This document shows positions 27,470 to 36,018 of a stretch of 64,000 bases of DNA, one piece after another (the stretch's first letter is position 1; every line of letters starts with the position of its first letter). The position numbers and the translations under genes are program-made. Source of the stretch: Pseudomonadota bacterium. GTDB taxonomy: Bacteria > Myxococcota_A > Bradymonadia > Bradymonadales > GCA-2716585. The notes under the pieces were generated by a model. The model had not been told where the DNA came from. It made no database searches and saw nothing but the letters and a program-made list of their open reading frames with translations. The stretch spans positions 9,037-73,036 of the forward strand of contig SYOX01000269.1 of NCBI GenBank assembly GCA_005804885.1. Direction: 5' to 3'.

Positions 27470-28927
27470 ATGTCTGAAAGGTACTATCTCGAGCTCTCCG
27501 AGGCCGGAGGAGGCTCCCACAAGTTCTACGAGGTCCTGGTCGATGGCCGCACGATGACGATCCGGTACGGCCGGATCGGAGACTCAGGGCAGACGTCAAG
27601 CAAGGAGTTCGCCACGCCCGAGGCGGCCAAGGCCGAGGCGCTCAAGAAGGCCAACGAGAAGCGCCGCAAGGGTTATGAGGACGCGGTGGTCGGGGTGCGC
27701 AAGAAGCGCTCCGTGACGCGCCGCGCCATCCCGAGCACGCCCTCTGGCGGCGGCGGGAGCCGCAGCTCGCGCAGCTCGACGCCGGTCGCGCTGGCCCCGG
27801 TGCTGTGGAAGTTCGCCACGGGCAGCAGCGCCTTCGGCATCTTCATCGACGACGATTGCTGCTGGGTGGGCAACCAGGACGGCATGGTCTACTGCCTCAA
27901 CCACAACGGCGAGGTCGTCCGCCAGTACCGGCTGCCCGAGGGCGTCAAGTGCATCGTCTCGGACGGCGACTGGCTCTACGCCGGCTGCGACGACGGCAAT
28001 GTCTACGACCTGAGCGGCAAGGTGCCCACCGTCGCCTACGAGATCGACGACAGCGTCGACATCTACTGGCTCGACATCCACGACGGCGTCCTGGCGGTGT
28101 CCGACAACGCCGGCAATGTCACGGCGATCAACCACGAGGACGAGTCCCAGTGGACCCGCAAGAGCGCCGGCGGCGGCGGCTGGATGGTGCGCTGCGATGA
28201 GATCGGCGTCTACCACGGCCACGGCCAGGGCGTGACGATGTACGACTGGGAGGACGGCACGATGCTGTGGCATCGCCCCACCAACGGCTCGGTCCTCTTC
28301 GGCTGGCAGGAGACCTCGCACGTCTTCGCCGGCACCTCGGGCGGCACCGTGGCGGCCTTCTCCAAGGGCGGCGACCCCGGCGTGGTGGCCAACTGCGACG
28401 GCGGCGTCTTCTCGTGCGCGGCGGCCGAGGACGGCAAGTACATCTTCGCCGGCGACTCCTCCTCGACCGTCTACTGCTTTGACGCCACCGGCAAGCGGCT
28501 GTGGCGCCTCGGCAGCGGTTGCGGCTCGGCCTTCTCGATGCAGTTCCACAAGGACCGCGTCTACATCGTGACCACGGACGGCTCGCTGGCCTGCATCGAC
28601 GCCTCTGAGGAGGCCATCAAGGCCGCCAAGGGCGGCGTCGTGCCCACCCGGCGCGACATCAAGGCCGAGGCGGCCGCCGCCTCGCTCTCCGTCACCGACA
28701 GCATCGGCACCACCGGCGAGGTCGGCGCTGGCGTCATCGTCGAGTGCGTCAAGGTCGCCGGCAAGCTGCGCGTGCGGGCCGCCTCCGAGGGCTACAACAG
28801 CTCCTGGAACGTCCAGTTCCCCAAGAACCTCCGCGAGGAGGGCGCCCGCTTCGTCGTCGACGAGCTGCGCGAGGCCGGCCGCGGCGGCTTCTACCGCGCC
28901 CACGGCGAGATCAAGCGCCTCCTTTAA
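27470..28927 (+). CDS. WGR domain + PQQ-like beta-propeller protein with an unassigned C-terminal domain
   Basis: N-terminus YYLELSEAGGGSHKFYEVLVDGRTMTIRYGRIGDSGQTSSKEFATPEAAKAEALKKANEKRRKGYEDA is a textbook WGR domain. It is followed by repeated DGxVYCL/ DGNVYDL / TVYCFD propeller blades. Confidence 0.8.
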   Translation: MSERYYLELSEAGGGSHKFYEVLVDGRTMTIRYGRIGDSGQTSSKEFATPEAAKAEALKKANEKRRKGYEDAVVGVRKKRSVTRRAIPSTPSGGGGSRSSRSSTPVALAPVLWKFATGSSAFGIFIDDDCCWVGNQDGMVYCLNHNGEVVRQYRLPEGVKCIVSDGDWLYAGCDDGNVYDLSGKVPTVAYEIDDSVDIYWLDIHDGVLAVSDNAGNVTAINHEDESQWTRKSAGGGGWMVRCDEIGVYHGHGQGVTMYDWEDGTMLWHRPTNGSVLFGWQETSHVFAGTSGGTVAAFSKGGDPGVVANCDGGVFSCAAAEDGKYIFAGDSSSTVYCFDATGKRLWRLGSGCGSAFSMQFHKDRVYIVTTDGSLACIDASEEAIKAAKGGVVPTRRDIKAEAAAASLSVTDSIGTTGEVGAGVIVECVKVAGKLRVRAASEGYNSSWNVQFPKNLREEGARFVVDELREAGRGGFYRAHGEIKRLL

Positions 28928-29035
28928 GCGGCTGACGCCGGAGCGCAGAGCCACCCCGATGGCCGCGCGCTCCGGCGCCCCCTTCAACCCGAAGCCGACC
29001 TGCAACCCTTTGATATCAAAGATTTTTTCAGATCT

Positions 29036-29671
29036 TCAGAAGGGCAGGGAGACGAGGTAGGACCAGCCCTCGTCGGCGAAATCCGACCAGGAGAAGCCGT
29101 CCTCGGGGCTGCCCGGCACCAGGTAGGTGGCGTCGGCCATGACCCGCGTGAAGTTGAGCCGGTTGATGCTGTCGAGCAGCTTGCCCATGCCCGCGCGGGT
29201 GTAGATCTCGCTCTGCGCCATCTCCTGGCCGTGGAAGGGGTGGGCGCCTTCGATCAAGAAGAGCGCCGAGACGACGATGTAGCGCTGGCTGTTGGAGATG
29301 CGCCGGTAGCCGTCGATCTCCTCGCCGATCTCCTCCTCCTCGGCGGCGAAGGCGGCCTCGATGTCCAGAACCCACTGGTCAAAGGCCTCCTGGGCGGCCT
29401 CGACGCCGGTGACGTACTCAAAGTACCCGTACTCGAAGAAGGGCTCGGCCTCGACCAGCGTGGCCACAAGCCGCTTGTACATGCTGCGCTTCTCCTCCAC
29501 GCTCTCGTCGCCGGGCGCGTCGATCACGCGCTGGATCTGGGATCGGATCTCCTCCTGGCCCGCCGCGTCAAAGACGACCTGGATGGCAAAGAAAGACCGC
29601 GAGACGGTCGAGCCGCCGAAGATCTTCTTGAAGAAGCCGCGTCGGTCGACAAAGGGCTGATCGCTCATCAA
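29036..29671 (-). CDS. Hypothetical acidic cytoplasmic protein
   Basis: 211-aa ORF with genome-typical codon usage, convergent with the WGR-propeller gene. No motif recognised with confidence. Confidence 0.5.
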   Translation of the reverse strand: MMSDQPFVDRRGFFKKIFGGSTVSRSFFAIQVVFDAAGQEEIRSQIQRVIDAPGDESVEEKRSMYKRLVATLVEAEPFFEYGYFEYVTGVEAAQEAFDQWVLDIEAAFAAEEEEIGEEIDGYRRISNSQRYIVVSALFLIEGAHPFHGQEMAQSEIYTRAGMGKLLDSINRLNFTRVMADATYLVPGSPEDGFSWSDFADEGWSYLVSLPF

Positions 29672-29832
29672 TGGCCTCCTGGCTCTCGGGGGGGAAAACC
29701 CCGCCGTGGGGCTCCATCAAAAGGCGCAGGGCCGCTCCGAGTCAAGCCCGTCGTCGGTCCATTGCGGCGCGCGGCGACAACAACTATATAGAGCGCCCGC
29801 GGCGCCGCGGACACACCTGGAGCGCAAAGCGC

Positions 29833-31023
29833 ATGCGACGCACCTTCGAGTTCTTCGCCGTTGTCACACCCGGCCTTGAGGCCCTCTCCGAACAAGAACT
29901 GGAGCGCTCAGGCGCCAAAGTCTCGGAGATCAGCCACGGCGGCGTCGCCTTCTCCGCCGACCTCCTGGGGGCCTGCGCGCTCCACCTCAACGCCCGCACC
30001 CTCGGGCGGATCTGGCTCCGCCTGGGCGACTTCCGCGCCCGCTCCTTCCCCGATCTCTACAACGGCGTCGCGGCGATAGACTGGCCCAGGCACCTCGCCG
30101 TCGGCACGCCGGTCCGGATCAAGGCCAGCGCCACCGCCTCTCGCCTCAACCACGTCGGCCGTATCCAGGACACCGCAATGGCCGGCATCCGCCATCACCT
30201 CGCGCTCGCCTCGGAGGGCCCCTCCGAGGGCTCTCAGGCGATCCTGGTGCGGATGGAGCAGGATCGCTGCACGGTGAGCCTGGACATGAGCGGCGACCAC
30301 CTCCACAAGCGCGGCTACCGGGAGGCCACGGGCAAGGCGCCGCTGCGAGAGACGATGGCCGCCGCCTTGCTCCAGTGGGCCGGCTGGGACGGGACGACCC
30401 CGCTGCTCGACCCCATGTGCGGGGTCGGCACCCTGCTGATCGAGGGCGCCTGGATGGCCAGCGGCCGCGCCCCGGGCCTCGGCCGCAGCTTCGCCTTCGA
30501 GCGCTGGCCCCGCTACGACCAGTACGGCTGGCGCCGCCTCAAGGCCGAGGCCGAGGCCGCCGCCAGCCCCGCCGCCGAGGCCGCCCCCGCCATCAGCCCC
30601 TCCGCCGAGGCCACCCCCGCAGGCGAGGCTGCCTCGCCCCGCCCCCTGATCCTCGGCGCCGATCGCGATCCGGAGGCGATCAGCGCGGCCATCGCCAACG
30701 TCGCCCGCGCCGGGCTCGCCGACGCCATCTCCCTGACCGTCGCCGATGTCAGCGACCTGACCCCCCCCGAGGGCGTCCCCCCAGGGCTGATCGTCTGCAA
30801 CGCCCCCTACGGCGAGCGCCTCGGCAGCCCCAAGGCGCTCGCCAGCGTCTACAAGCGCCTCGGCAAGGCCGCGCGCCAATTCGAGGGCTGGCGGCTGCTC
30901 CTTCTGCACACGCGCCCTGAACTCCGCCAGCAATTCGAAGGAGCCTGCGCCCGTAAGCCCTCGGATAAACTCATCTTTCATCACGGCGGCCTCAAGGTCA
31001 CCGCGGCCCTCTACCGCATCTGA
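29833..31023 (+). CDS. THUMP-domain class I SAM-dependent RNA methyltransferase (RlmL/UPF0020-like)
   Basis: N-terminal FFAVVTPGLEALSEQEL (THUMP-type), HKRGYREATGKAPLRETMAAALL, LLDPMCGVGTLLIEG (SAM motif I) and VCNAPYGERLG (motif IV). The ATG at 29833 lies inside the longer ORF. Confidence 0.85.
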   Translation: MRRTFEFFAVVTPGLEALSEQELERSGAKVSEISHGGVAFSADLLGACALHLNARTLGRIWLRLGDFRARSFPDLYNGVAAIDWPRHLAVGTPVRIKASATASRLNHVGRIQDTAMAGIRHHLALASEGPSEGSQAILVRMEQDRCTVSLDMSGDHLHKRGYREATGKAPLRETMAAALLQWAGWDGTTPLLDPMCGVGTLLIEGAWMASGRAPGLGRSFAFERWPRYDQYGWRRLKAEAEAAASPAAEAAPAISPSAEATPAGEAASPRPLILGADRDPEAISAAIANVARAGLADAISLTVADVSDLTPPEGVPPGLIVCNAPYGERLGSPKALASVYKRLGKAARQFEGWRLLLLHTRPELRQQFEGACARKPSDKLIFHHGGLKVTAALYRI

Positions 31024-31212
31024 GGGCCCGCCCGGTGCTGTAAACTGAACAAGGCGCGCGGCCGCTGATGTCGGGTGCCCTGCGCCTACTCCGCAAGACG
31101 CAAGGGCTACCCGCGGGCGACCGCGCGCAGAAGGGGGCGAGGGATCGAACCTCCGGTGGCCCGCCAACCCGGGCCGCCCCCCTGGGGGCTGAGAAAGGGT
31201 CCTGAAAACGAC

Positions 31213-31247
31213 AAAAGCCCGACCACCTTCGAGGTGGCCGGGCTTTT
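31213..31247. terminator. Bidirectional intrinsic-terminator-like hairpin
   Basis: AAAA-GCCCGACCACC-ttcga-GGTGGCCGGGC-TTTT. An 11-bp GC-rich stem with one A-C mismatch, flanked by an A-run and a T-run, so both strands read stem plus U-tract. Confidence 0.55.
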
Positions 31248-31772
31248 CGCCTTCTGGACTTGATCCGCCTTCTAAGGGCGCGATCGATCCGGCCACCTCC
31301 ACACGTCCTTCCTCGGAGGGATCACGACGGAGCCTTGATCCTTCACGGGGATCATGACATCGCGGCGATCGCCTTCGATGGGCAGGATGTGGCGGTGTTG
31401 TTTCCGGGCTGGCTTCCGGGTGGCCTCTGGCGCGTCCAGGCCCAGAGCACACAAAGCCCACGAGCCGGAGGTTATCCGGGCGAGGGCTTGTGGCGAGGCC
31501 AGGAGGGCTGTGGTTGAGGCAGACATGGAAGGCAGATTCCTTGCGGTCGAGGCACGGCGGCGTGTCAAAGAGGGAGGCCGTGCGGTCACGTTGGAGACTT
31601 TTGTGGTCGCGCCAGTGGCCTGTCAAGCGCAATTTCTGGCCCCTGGGCGGGCCTGCGCGGCCAACCCCCTAAGGGGGGTTGAAAAATTCGGGGCTGTCGA
31701 TCGCCGCCGGGCGTGGTTGAACTTTTGTTCATGAGGCGCCAGAATGCCGTGGGATCAGCAGGAGCGCCAGGG

Positions 31773-33203
31773 ATGGTTGAGACTTTCGAGTGGCCTCTGG
31801 AGCCCTCGCCGGAGGCGATGCGGCGGATGGTCGAGGTGGTCATGGAGCGCCTCGCGGCGCACGTCGGCTCTCTGGGTGAGCAGCCGGCCTCGTACGACCA
31901 GTCGCAGGGGCTGGCGCTGTCGGAGCGGCTGATCGAGCCGCTGCCGCAGCGCGGGGAGCCGCTGGAGTCGCTGCTGGCGGCGCTCTTCGACGAGGCGATC
32001 CCGATGAGCTTCAACGCGGCGGGGCCGGGCTACCTGGGCTACATCCCCGGCGGCGGGCTCTTCGAGGCGGCGCTGGGGGAGTTCATCGCGGCCTCGATCA
32101 ACCGCTACGTCGGGGTCTGGGTTGCGGCGCCGGGGCTGGTCCAGATGGAGGCCAACGTGGTGCGCTGGCTCTGCCAGATCATCGGCTACCCTGCGTCATC
32201 GCTCGGCTTTTTGACCTCGGGCGGGTCGATCGCCAACCTCTCGGCCACCATCACGGCGAGGCGAGATCGGCTGGGCGAGGACTTCCTCGACGGGGTGGCC
32301 TACGGCTCGGATCAGGCCCATTACTCGGTGCTCAAGGCCGGCGCCATGGCCGGCCTGCGGCGGCGCAACCTGCGGAAGATCCCCAGCGGGCCGCGCCAGC
32401 AGCTCCGCCTGGATCTCCTGGAGCAGGCCATCGAGGACGACCGGCGCGCCGGGCTCTCGCCCTTCTTGCTCGTCGGCAATGCCGGCACGACCAACACCGG
32501 CGCGGTCGACGACCTGGAGGCCCTGGCCGACATTGCCCGTCGCCACGGCCTCTGGTTCCACGTCGACGCGGCCTACGGCGGCTTCTTCATGCTCACCGAG
32601 CGCGGCCAGCGCATCCTGAAGGGCCTGTCCCTGGCCGACTCCGTCACCCTCGACCCCCACAAGGGGCTCTTCTTGCCCTTTGGCACCGGGGCGCTCCTCG
32701 TCCGGGATCGCCGCGCCCTCCAGGTGGCCTTCGACGAGACCGGCGACTACATGCCGGGCTTCCAGGAGGCCGACAGCAGCGTCGACTTCTGCCGCCTGTC
32801 GCCCGAGCTCTCGCGCGCCTTCAGGGGCCTGCGGATCTGGCTGCCCCTCAAGCGCCACGGCGTCGCCCCCTTCCAGCAAGCCCTCGACGAAAAACTCGAT
32901 CTGGCGCAGCGGGCCGCCGAGGCGCTGGCGGCCACCGAGCACGTCGAGGTCGTCGCCCCGCCCCAGCTCAGCGCCTTCGCCTTCCGGGCCACCTTCCCGG
33001 ATCTGAGCCCCGAGGCCCTGGACGACCTCAATCGCCGCTGGCTTGAGAGGATCAACGCCCGCCAGCGCGTCATGCTCACCAGCACCCTGCTCGACGGCCG
33101 CTTCACCCTCCGGCTCTGCGTCCTGTCCTTCCGCACCCACCTCGATCGCCTCGACGCCGCCATCGAGGACGCCCGCGCGGCGCTGGCCGAGGTGACCCCG
33201 TGA
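31773..33203 (+). CDS. Group II pyridoxal-phosphate-dependent (aromatic amino acid-type) decarboxylase
   Basis: GPGYLGYIPGGGL, LTSGGSIANLSA, HVDAAYGG and the PLP-lysine context SVTLDPHKGLFLPFGTG. Confidence 0.85.
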   Translation: MVETFEWPLEPSPEAMRRMVEVVMERLAAHVGSLGEQPASYDQSQGLALSERLIEPLPQRGEPLESLLAALFDEAIPMSFNAAGPGYLGYIPGGGLFEAALGEFIAASINRYVGVWVAAPGLVQMEANVVRWLCQIIGYPASSLGFLTSGGSIANLSATITARRDRLGEDFLDGVAYGSDQAHYSVLKAGAMAGLRRRNLRKIPSGPRQQLRLDLLEQAIEDDRRAGLSPFLLVGNAGTTNTGAVDDLEALADIARRHGLWFHVDAAYGGFFMLTERGQRILKGLSLADSVTLDPHKGLFLPFGTGALLVRDRRALQVAFDETGDYMPGFQEADSSVDFCRLSPELSRAFRGLRIWLPLKRHGVAPFQQALDEKLDLAQRAAEALAATEHVEVVAPPQLSAFAFRATFPDLSPEALDDLNRRWLERINARQRVMLTSTLLDGRFTLRLCVLSFRTHLDRLDAAIEDARAALAEVTP

Positions 33204-34903
33204 GCACCCTGGCCCGACGGTCCGTGCTCCTGCTCGACGCCCAGACCACCGGCGCCAACCCCCGACACGGCCACCTCCTTGAGCTGGGCTGGGCCCGCGC
33301 CTGCGCGGCGACCCCCGCCGACATCACCCCCTGCGCAGCCCTCGTCCAGACCCCCGACCCTATCCCGCGCCGCATCCAGGAGTTGACCGGCATCACCCCC
33401 CCGGACATGGCCCAGGCCCACCCCCCCGAGGTCGTCTACCGCGCCCTCATCGACGCGCTGGCCGGCCTCGACGCTCCGGCCCTCGTCGTCATCCACTACG
33501 CCCGCTTCGAAACCCCCTTCCTGCTCGACCTCCACGCCCGCTTTGGCCCCCCCGACCCCTTCCCCGCCCAGCTCCTGTGCACCCACGAGATCGCCCGGCG
33601 CCTCTTCCCCGATCTCCCGCGGCGCGGGATCCGCGCCCTCTCCGGCTACCTCGGCCACCCCATCCTCGACCTCAAGCGCGCCGGCGAGCACGCCCTGGCC
33701 ACGGCCACCATCTGGTCCGAGCTCGTCGCCCGGCTCGCCGTTGACGGCGTCGACACCCCCGACGCCCTCTCCAAATGGCTCGCCGCGACCCACCCGGCCC
33801 GACGCGCCCGCTTCCAGTTCTCCGTCGACCGCGATCAACGCCTCTCGCTGCCCGACGCCCCAGGCGTCTACCGGATGCTCAGCCGCACAGGCGAGGTCCT
33901 CTACGTCGGCAAGGCCACCTCCCTCAAGGCCCGCGTCAACAGCTACTTCCAGAAGCGCCGCGGCCACTCCGAAAAGACCCTGGAGCTGCTCACCTGCGCC
34001 CACGACATCGCCGTCACCCCCACCGGCTCGGCCCTGGAGGCCGCGCTCCTGGAGTCCGACGAGATCAAGCGCTGCGAACCCCCCTACAACATCGCCCTGC
34101 GGCTGCGCGACCGCCAGCTCGGCTTCGCCCGCCCCGACCTGACCCCGCTCGACCCCGACGAGCCCGCCGCGATTTTCCTCGGCCCCCTCCCCTCGCCCTC
34201 CAGCCTCGAAGCCCTCACCCTCCTGCGCGACGCCCTCACCCACCCGCGCCACATCACCGAGCCCGCCGTCGCCCGAATCCTCTGCGTCGCCCCGCCCTTC
34301 GTCCCTGACCTCGACTGCTTCTCCCTCGGCCTCGACCTCTTCAGCCGCACCCACGGCATCCCCTCCGCCTCGCCTTCCCCCGAAGACTTCTGGCGGCTTG
34401 GCGCAAGGATCTGGTCTTCAATCATCAAATCAAAAGAAATTGAGAATACGAAAAACAGTGATGGCGAATTTGATCTTGAGGAGCCTGAAGAGCGCCTGCC
34501 CTTCGTCTGGAGCCCCGAGGCAGTCTCGGCCTCGCTGGAGGCCGTCGTGTCCTCTCGCGCGGCGATGGTCCGGCGCGGTCAGTGGCTCTGTCGGCTGGCC
34601 GAGTCCTCGCTGGTCTGGTCCCCGAAGCGCAGCTCGACGCGTCGCGCCCTCATCATCTCCCAGGGACAGATCGTCAAGCGCGGTGATCTGGAGCCTGGTC
34701 AACTGGCCCCTCCTCCCTTGTTCCCCTCGCGAACGGCCGCCCAGCGTCGAGCCCACTTCACCCCGGCGGTCTACGACAGGCTCAGGGTGATGAGCACGGA
34801 GCTGCGAAGGCTCGCCCTCGAAGGGGCCAGGATCGAGCTGCGCACAGGCCCGGCTGGCGAGGTCAACCGCGAGGCGCTGATCAAGCTGCTCACATGGATA
34901 TGA
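33200..34903 (+). CDS. DEDD 3'-5' exonuclease (DnaQ-like) fused to a GIY-YIG (UvrC/Cho-like) nuclease domain
   Basis: N-terminal LLLDAQTTGANPRHGHLLELGW (Exo I). Central LPDAPGVYRMLSRTGEVLYVGKATSLKARVNSYF...EAALLESDEIKRCEPPYN (GIY-YIG). The GTG start overlaps the decarboxylase stop (GTGA). Confidence 0.8.
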   Translation: MSTLARRSVLLLDAQTTGANPRHGHLLELGWARACAATPADITPCAALVQTPDPIPRRIQELTGITPPDMAQAHPPEVVYRALIDALAGLDAPALVVIHYARFETPFLLDLHARFGPPDPFPAQLLCTHEIARRLFPDLPRRGIRALSGYLGHPILDLKRAGEHALATATIWSELVARLAVDGVDTPDALSKWLAATHPARRARFQFSVDRDQRLSLPDAPGVYRMLSRTGEVLYVGKATSLKARVNSYFQKRRGHSEKTLELLTCAHDIAVTPTGSALEAALLESDEIKRCEPPYNIALRLRDRQLGFARPDLTPLDPDEPAAIFLGPLPSPSSLEALTLLRDALTHPRHITEPAVARILCVAPPFVPDLDCFSLGLDLFSRTHGIPSASPSPEDFWRLGARIWSSIIKSKEIENTKNSDGEFDLEEPEERLPFVWSPEAVSASLEAVVSSRAAMVRRGQWLCRLAESSLVWSPKRSSTRRALIISQGQIVKRGDLEPGQLAPPPLFPSRTAAQRRAHFTPAVYDRLRVMSTELRRLALEGARIELRTGPAGEVNREALIKLLTWI

Positions 34904-35046
34904 TCGCGCGAAAGAGGCCGTTTGATCCATGCGGAACGATTCAGTTCCAAGGTGTGAGGCAAAGAGTACGGCGCCTGTCTTCTTGCCCCGCCTCAGCGGT
35001 TAGGTGCCGATCCTATCGGTTTGGAACAAAATGCTTCCGGTGATTT

Positions 35047-35988
35047 ATGAAGATCGGAGTGGTCGGCGGCGGGTGGGGGCGAGCGCATTGCTGGGCCTTT
35101 CGGGAGGCGGGGTGCTCCGTCGAGGTCATCGTCACCCGGGACGCTGAACGTGCGTCCGAGATCGCGCGGCTGGAGGGGGTCTTGCTGGGGACCGCGTCGC
35201 TGTCCGCTCTGGACTCGATGGACGTGGTCGTGATCGCGACCCCGGCGTCGACCCACCTTGAGTTGATCCGGCGCTTCAACGACAAGGCGGTCCTGTGCGA
35301 GAAGCCGCTGGCCGGGACATCCTGGGTGGAGGGTGGCCTCGATGGGATCGCTCGCCGACACAAGGCCGTCAACTACGCCTTCTCCTTCCTCGACACCTCC
35401 CGCGCTTTGAGGGCCTGGGTGGAGTCCGGGCGAGCGGGGCACATCTCGCGGGTCGCCGTCCATGTCGGCGCGCGCTTCGCGGGTCAGCGCACTCCGGTGG
35501 AGTGGTTCATGGATATTGCCGTCCATCCGCTCTCGTTTTTACAAACCATGTTTGGTTGTTTTTCATTGAATCAGTTTTGCGTGGATGAGAGAGGGGTCCA
35601 TCTGTCGATGTCGCAGCCGGGGAGGTCGTTGGAGGTGCGCTACCGGGAGCTGTTGGAGGAGGGGATTGACGTGGAGGTGGCGCTGGAGGGTGAGCGTGGC
35701 TGGGCGCGGATGGCGGGGCGTTACAGGTCGGGGAGGCCGTGGGTTTTTGAGCCCCTTTGGATCGACGGGGCGGCGCAGGGGTGCGGTGAGGGCGGGGCGG
35801 AAGACGTGTGGGCGAGGGCGAACGCGAGGTCCGTGCGCGGCTTCGTGGAGCTTGTTCACGGACGCGTGAACAAGGATCAGGCGGCGGGATCGGGGCTCTT
35901 TGATCTGGACGCGGCGGCGCAGATCGAGCGTAGCCTGGCGCCGATTTTTGCGAGCCTGGGGGTTGAGGGTGAGGGTGTCGAGGGGTGA
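35047..35988 (+). CDS. Gfo/Idh/MocA-family oxidoreductase
   Basis: MKIGVVGGGWGRAH Rossmann N-terminus and the LCEKPLA motif. Confidence 0.85.
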   Translation: MKIGVVGGGWGRAHCWAFREAGCSVEVIVTRDAERASEIARLEGVLLGTASLSALDSMDVVVIATPASTHLELIRRFNDKAVLCEKPLAGTSWVEGGLDGIARRHKAVNYAFSFLDTSRALRAWVESGRAGHISRVAVHVGARFAGQRTPVEWFMDIAVHPLSFLQTMFGCFSLNQFCVDERGVHLSMSQPGRSLEVRYRELLEEGIDVEVALEGERGWARMAGRYRSGRPWVFEPLWIDGAAQGCGEGGAEDVWARANARSVRGFVELVHGRVNKDQAAGSGLFDLDAAAQIERSLAPIFASLGVEGEGVEG

Positions 35989-36018
35989 GGCGCGGGGGGA
36001 GGAGGGTCGGCGCGTTGA

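Noticed and set aside
28937-29028. Intrinsic terminators between the convergent genes at 28.9-29.0 kb
   Set aside because: A perfect 10-bp stem (GCCGGAGCGC...GCGCTCCGGC) has a 20-nt loop and no U-tract. The CTTTGATATCAAAG palindrome followed by a T-run is AT-rich and weak. These are suggestive hairpins but not strong enough to call.
31125-31185. tRNA or tmRNA gene on the minus strand (GGTTCGATCC T-loop box)
   Set aside because: Only a T-arm-like hairpin with a short closing stem is present. There is no D-arm, no canonical 7-nt anticodon loop and no CCA or matching 5' acceptor at tRNA distance. I could find no tmRNA 5' end or tag-ORF (…LAA stop) in the following 400 nt. It is kept only as a possible fragment in a finding.
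31260-31734. Several 60-126-aa ORFs on both strands in the 31.0-31.8 kb gap
   Set aside because: They overlap one another, their third-position GC is poor compared with neighbouring genes, and no motifs are present apart from a 27-codon AbrB-like stub.
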